A DNA stretch of 63,648 nt, counting the filler, from an uncultured Methanoregulaceae archaeon (lineage in GTDB: Archaea; Halobacteriota; Methanomicrobia; Methanomicrobiales; Methanospirillaceae), in the NCBI GenBank assembly GCA_964530035.1. It is 7 parts of 7 records of this genome, joined end to end, with 100 filler letters (N's around TTAATTAATTAA, not from the genome) between each part and the next. Parts side by side here need not be neighbours in the genome. Positions count along the whole stretch, not along the records: positions 54,886 to 63,648 come from CAZGXZ010000106.1; 6 more parts are not named here. The stretch is one strand, 5' to 3'. A program made the position numbers and the translations under genes. Numbering within the stretch: the stretch's first letter is position 1; the number at the start of each line of letters is the position of its first letter. Positions 59,728 through 63,648 of this stretch are shown piece by piece. Below the pieces are notes generated by a model. It had not been told where the DNA came from. It ran no database searches and was given only the letters and a program-made list of their open reading frames with translations.

Positions 59728-60350
59728 CTTTTATCCTTCTATTGGCATCCCTTCAACGAGACCCGCATCGGTCCGGGTTGACAAAGGCGGTCACTTGTCA
59801 GGCCTTCCCTGTGTCCGCTATGTGGCCCTGTGCTGTTTTTTACCTGTCTGTCTCTGTTCTGTCTTTACTTGAACTCTTCCTTTCCGGTTCGGACCATCCA
59901 ACTGGTACACAAACCCTGACATCGTCGCCTGAACGGCCATTGCTGGTCACGTCCATACTCCCTGGTCTTCCCGTCACCGTGCCGGTTCCAATTCCTGTCC
60001 GATATTTTCTCAACATAATCCGGATACCAGGGTACTCCCCCTGAATGCAGGAACATGGGTGATGCAATCTTTCCGCTGTACGCCACATCAATCAAAAGAC
60101 GGTAGAAAAGACTGATTGGCCCCGTGATCCATGAGAGGGACTTGTTGCTGACAGCCGGAAAAATTCTCTTGGATTGAGTGGATCAGATCAGAAGGGCCCG
60201 CCTGAACCGCAAACCTCTTTCCGAACTGAAAACATAGACCGATCACTCATTTTATCCAGGGTGGAAACAAGATAATCCGTGCCCTTCCGCCGGTTCAGTC
60301 TTGTATATCTATTCCCATGGTCATTATTATTCTCACCACCCGTGGTTCCC

Positions 60351-62972
60351 ATGTATCATATTCTCTACGTCGATGACGAAAAGAATCTCCTCCAGCTGGG
60401 AAAGATGTTCCTTGAACAGTCCGGGGACTTCACCGTGGACGGCTGCATTTCAGCACGAGAGGCCCTTGTCAGGATGGAAAAAGTCTTGTACGATGCGATC
60501 ATCTCGGATTACCAGATGCCGGAAATCGACGGTATCGCCTTTTTAAAGGAGGTCCGCTCCCTTTTCGGCGATATTCCCTTCATTATTTTTACCGGGCGGG
60601 GCCGTGAAGAGGTAGTGATCGAAGCCATCAACAGCGGTGTGGATTTCTACGTAGAAAAAGGCGGAGACCCGGTCACCCTGTTTGCCGACCTTGGATACAA
60701 GGTACGGGGGGCCATACGAAGAAAGGAAGTTGAAACGGCACTGGCCGAGAGCCGGGACTACCTCAACCAGATTTTTTCCTCGGTCCATGGAGGTATCGTC
60801 ATCATTGATGCGAAAACACACGAAATCATCGATGTAAACCCGGCCGCGGCAGAAATGATAGGCTCAACGAAAGACCAGATCGTGGGGAAGGTGTGTCATC
60901 GCTTCATGTGTCCGTCAGAAACGGGCCGGTGCCCGATTACAGACCTGCACCAGGCTGTTGATAATTCCGAACGGGTATTGCTGACTGCTGATGGAAAAAG
61001 GCTCGATATCATAAAATATGCCGTCCCGTTCAATTTGCACGGCAGGGAGTGCCTTCTCGAAACCATTCTCGATAATTCAGAACGTAAAAAGGCAAAGGAA
61101 GATTTATCGGCAGCTTATGAGGAGATAACCGCATCCGAGGAGGAACTCCGGAATAATTATGAGCTGCTCAATAAAAAAGAGCACGAACTCCGGGAAAGCG
61201 AGAAGAAGTACCGCTTCCTCACCGAGGTGACCGACGACATCATCTATTCCATCGACGTCCGGGGAGTGTTCACTCACATCAGCCCCCAGATCTCACGGTA
61301 CGGATACGCACCCGAAGAGGTCATCTCACGGCATTTTTCCGAGTTCATCGAAAAAGAAGACCTTCCGATAGCGATAACCGATCTTGATAAGACGATGGCA
61401 ACCATGAGGCCGGTGGTGACCCAGTTCAGGATACGGGACAGTTCAGGAAACCACCACTGGATGGAAGACAACGGGGCCCCTGTCCTTGACCCTTCCGGAA
61501 GCGTGATAGGAGTAACGGGTGTCCTGAGGGACATTTCAGCACGGAGAAAAACAGAAGAGGCACTGAGAGAAAGCGAGGAGAAGTTCCGGGCTTTGGTTGA
61601 AAACGCACTGGAGGGCGTTCTTATCATTGATTTTTCGGGTTCTATCCACTTTGTCAACGATGCTGCCTGCCGCATTGTTAATGCCCATGACTCCGCGACT
61701 CCGGTTGAGGGAAAGAACATTTTAGAGTTTATCGCCCCTGAGTTCCGGGAGGAAGTCCAAAACGACCTCAACAGGGTAGCTTCCGGGACTGATGCCTACC
61801 TTGTCCGATACCCGCTCACTACCCTTACGGGACGGAAGATCTGGGTTGAGTGCCTCGGGAAGAAGATACCGTTCGGCGGCACTATGCAGGTACTTATCTC
61901 CATGAGGGACGTCACGGGGCGCAAGGAAATGGAAGATGTCCTCAGGGAAAACGAGGATAAATACCGGTCACTGGTTGAAACCTCGCCAAACATGATCTGG
62001 GAGATTGACCTGGGAGGAAAAATCCGGTATGCCAGCCCGAAGGCGGGTGAAATCCTGGGCCTTGCACCTGAGGAACTGGTTGGGAAAACGATAATCGAAC
62101 TATCGCCGGAACAGGCCCGGCCATACATCACGCAGGAACTGATGCGGACCATGTCATCAGAGGGTTCCATAAAACCATATGAAATCCCTTTCCACCACCG
62201 GGACGGGCAGGAAATGGTCATCGAGATCAGGCCTGCAAGGATAACCGGGAGGGACGGAAAACTGAAAGGGTTCCAGGGTGTGGCCACGGACATCACCGGG
62301 CGAAAGAAAACAGAGAAGGCATTGCGGCAGGCAAACCGGCAGCTGAACCTCCTTTCAAGTGTTACCAGGCATGACGTCCTCAACAACATATCGATCATCC
62401 TCGGGTTCCTGGCCCTCACCCGTACGGAGGTGGATAACCCGAAACTGGAGGGTTATCTGAAAGAGATAGAGGCGGCCACGAAGGCAATCAGGTCCCAGAT
62501 AGAATTCACCCGGGTCTACCAGGACCTCGGGACCCACGAACCGCAGTGGATACCGCTGGACGAGGTCATGCCCCACCTGCAGCTCCCACCAACGGTCACC
62601 CTGGACACGGATGCAGGAGGATACCGGGTATATGCCGACCCGATGTTTGAAAAAGTCTTCCAGAACCTCCTGGATAACTCACTCAGGCACGGAGGGCATG
62701 TAACGTCGATACGGGTGTCGTATCATAAAACCGGAAAGGACCTTGTTATCGTATGGGAGGACAATGGAAAGGGCATTCCAGTTCAGGAAAAGGAGAAGAT
62801 ATTCGAGCGGGGCTTTGGAAATAATACCGGTTTCGGGTTGTTCCTGATCAGGGAGATCCTGATGATGACGGACATGACTATCAGGGAGAACGGCAAGCCG
62901 GGAATGGGTGCGAGGTTTGAAATTACGGTCCCCCAGGGAGCATACCGGGAGCGGGTGCATACAGGTAACTGA
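60351..62972 (+). CDS. REC-4xPAS-histidine kinase hybrid
   Basis: YVDDE and SDYQMP receiver, four PAS domains, TRHDVLN, NLLDNS, DNGKG, GFGL. Confidence 0.94.
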   Translation: MYHILYVDDEKNLLQLGKMFLEQSGDFTVDGCISAREALVRMEKVLYDAIISDYQMPEIDGIAFLKEVRSLFGDIPFIIFTGRGREEVVIEAINSGVDFYVEKGGDPVTLFADLGYKVRGAIRRKEVETALAESRDYLNQIFSSVHGGIVIIDAKTHEIIDVNPAAAEMIGSTKDQIVGKVCHRFMCPSETGRCPITDLHQAVDNSERVLLTADGKRLDIIKYAVPFNLHGRECLLETILDNSERKKAKEDLSAAYEEITASEEELRNNYELLNKKEHELRESEKKYRFLTEVTDDIIYSIDVRGVFTHISPQISRYGYAPEEVISRHFSEFIEKEDLPIAITDLDKTMATMRPVVTQFRIRDSSGNHHWMEDNGAPVLDPSGSVIGVTGVLRDISARRKTEEALRESEEKFRALVENALEGVLIIDFSGSIHFVNDAACRIVNAHDSATPVEGKNILEFIAPEFREEVQNDLNRVASGTDAYLVRYPLTTLTGRKIWVECLGKKIPFGGTMQVLISMRDVTGRKEMEDVLRENEDKYRSLVETSPNMIWEIDLGGKIRYASPKAGEILGLAPEELVGKTIIELSPEQARPYITQELMRTMSSEGSIKPYEIPFHHRDGQEMVIEIRPARITGRDGKLKGFQGVATDITGRKKTEKALRQANRQLNLLSSVTRHDVLNNISIILGFLALTRTEVDNPKLEGYLKEIEAATKAIRSQIEFTRVYQDLGTHEPQWIPLDEVMPHLQLPPTVTLDTDAGGYRVYADPMFEKVFQNLLDNSLRHGGHVTSIRVSYHKTGKDLVIVWEDNGKGIPVQEKEKIFERGFGNNTGFGLFLIREILMMTDMTIRENGKPGMGARFEITVPQGAYRERVHTGN

Positions 62973-63159
62973 TTGAAAAAGGACCGGGTCGGTCGCCAAC
63001 ATGTTTCACTCCCGTCCTGACAGGTGTTCATCATTTATGCTAAAGTCGCTGCCGTAATGGTACTACCGGCATTCGGCTGTAGATTTTTCATGAATGCAAT
63101 TATTCCACATCTGGACCCGGCAAACGACTTGTTTCGATTACTTCTTCGTTACTATTAGC

Positions 63160-63250
63160 TTTATTGAAACCTTATGATAGGAATTGCAACTAATGGAGAT
63201 CTCTCATAATGGGGTGAATAAAATTGCAGATGTGGAGGATTTCAAGAGAA
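63160..63250 (+). repeat. Dispersed repeat of about 90 nt, copy B
   Basis: Same 26-nt core as 55127-55152, same orientation. Confidence 0.8.
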
Positions 63251-63375
63251 TCTATCTACTGGTCACTTTGATATCCTGTTGTGAAAAGGGGTTGAATCCC
63301 TGATTTCAAGGCATCTTTACGCGATGGGACACCTATAGAGCACCATCCCCCCTTGTAGTTCAATTAACAAGCATT

Positions 63376-63648
63376 TTAGTTTGCGCCCTCTTTATCTTCT
63401 TCAGCCTCAATCCTGCCGTCCTTCATATATATGATGCGGTCGAAATATTCCTTGTGCCATTCCTCGTGGGAAACCATCACGATTGTTTGCCGGAGGTCGC
63501 GGTTCAGCTTCTTGAAGAGGTCAAGGATAATACGAGAATTCCTTGAGTCCAGGTTTGCACAGGGCTCGTCTGCAAGGAGCAGGGCAGGCCGATTCACAAG
63601 CGCCCTGGCGATAGCGACCCGCTGTTGCTCCCCTCCCGACATCTGGCC
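63376..63648 (-). CDS. ABC transporter ATP-binding protein, LolD/MacB type (5' truncated)
   Basis: [28 protein letters not shown]. Confidence 0.92.
   Translation of the reverse strand, partial: GQMSGGEQQRVAIARALVNRPALLLADEPCANLDSRNSRIILDLFKKLNRDLRQTIVMVSHEEWHKEYFDRIIYMKDGRIEAEEDKEGAN

Noticed and set aside
55127..63226. 26-nt direct repeat as a CRISPR repeat
   Set aside because: Only two copies 8 kb apart, with homologous flanks, no spacers and no cas genes.
1..63648. Selenocysteine or pyrrolysine read-through, introns, inteins
   Set aside because: No interrupted known gene or insertion was evident in the recognised proteins.

Overview
The window is not contiguous. It is seven unrelated contigs of about 9 kb (1-9264, 9365-18563, 18664-27699, 27800-36797, 36898-45860, 45961-54785, 54886-63648) in decreasing length order, joined by artificial 100-nt N44-TTAATTAATTAA-N44 linkers, so gene neighbourhoods only mean something within a contig. 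Gene content points to a methanogenic euryarchaeon, most likely Methanomicrobiales (Methanoregula/Methanolinea-like; inferred from family recognition, not a database search). Housekeeping loci: rpoH-rpoB'', tRNA-Lys(UUU), alaS, ribK/rbkR-ribB, the HMG-CoA synthase-thiolase-DUF35 operon, hmgA, trm5, rimI, xerA, dinB, and the ACDS cluster cdhBCDE with a RACo-type activator. Accessory content includes four PAS sensor kinase genes, redox genes, two DUF362 proteins and a bacterial-type Orn/Lys/Arg decarboxylase. The best candidate for an undescribed system is on contig 5. There, a bacterial-type partner-switching pair (STAS + RsbW-like kinase), in a lineage without sigma factors, lies upstream of an ABC-type ATPase + TOPRIM-like gene pair and is divergent from a metallo-beta-lactamase/degenerate histidine-kinase fusion with a convergent HAD hydrolase. 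Also notable: dispersed hairpin-rich intergenic repeats, an 803-aa DUF362 protein with an EF-hand loop, a membrane-anchored ArsR regulator overlapping alaS, and several short genes missed by the ORF track. No CRISPR array, rRNA or transposase was seen.
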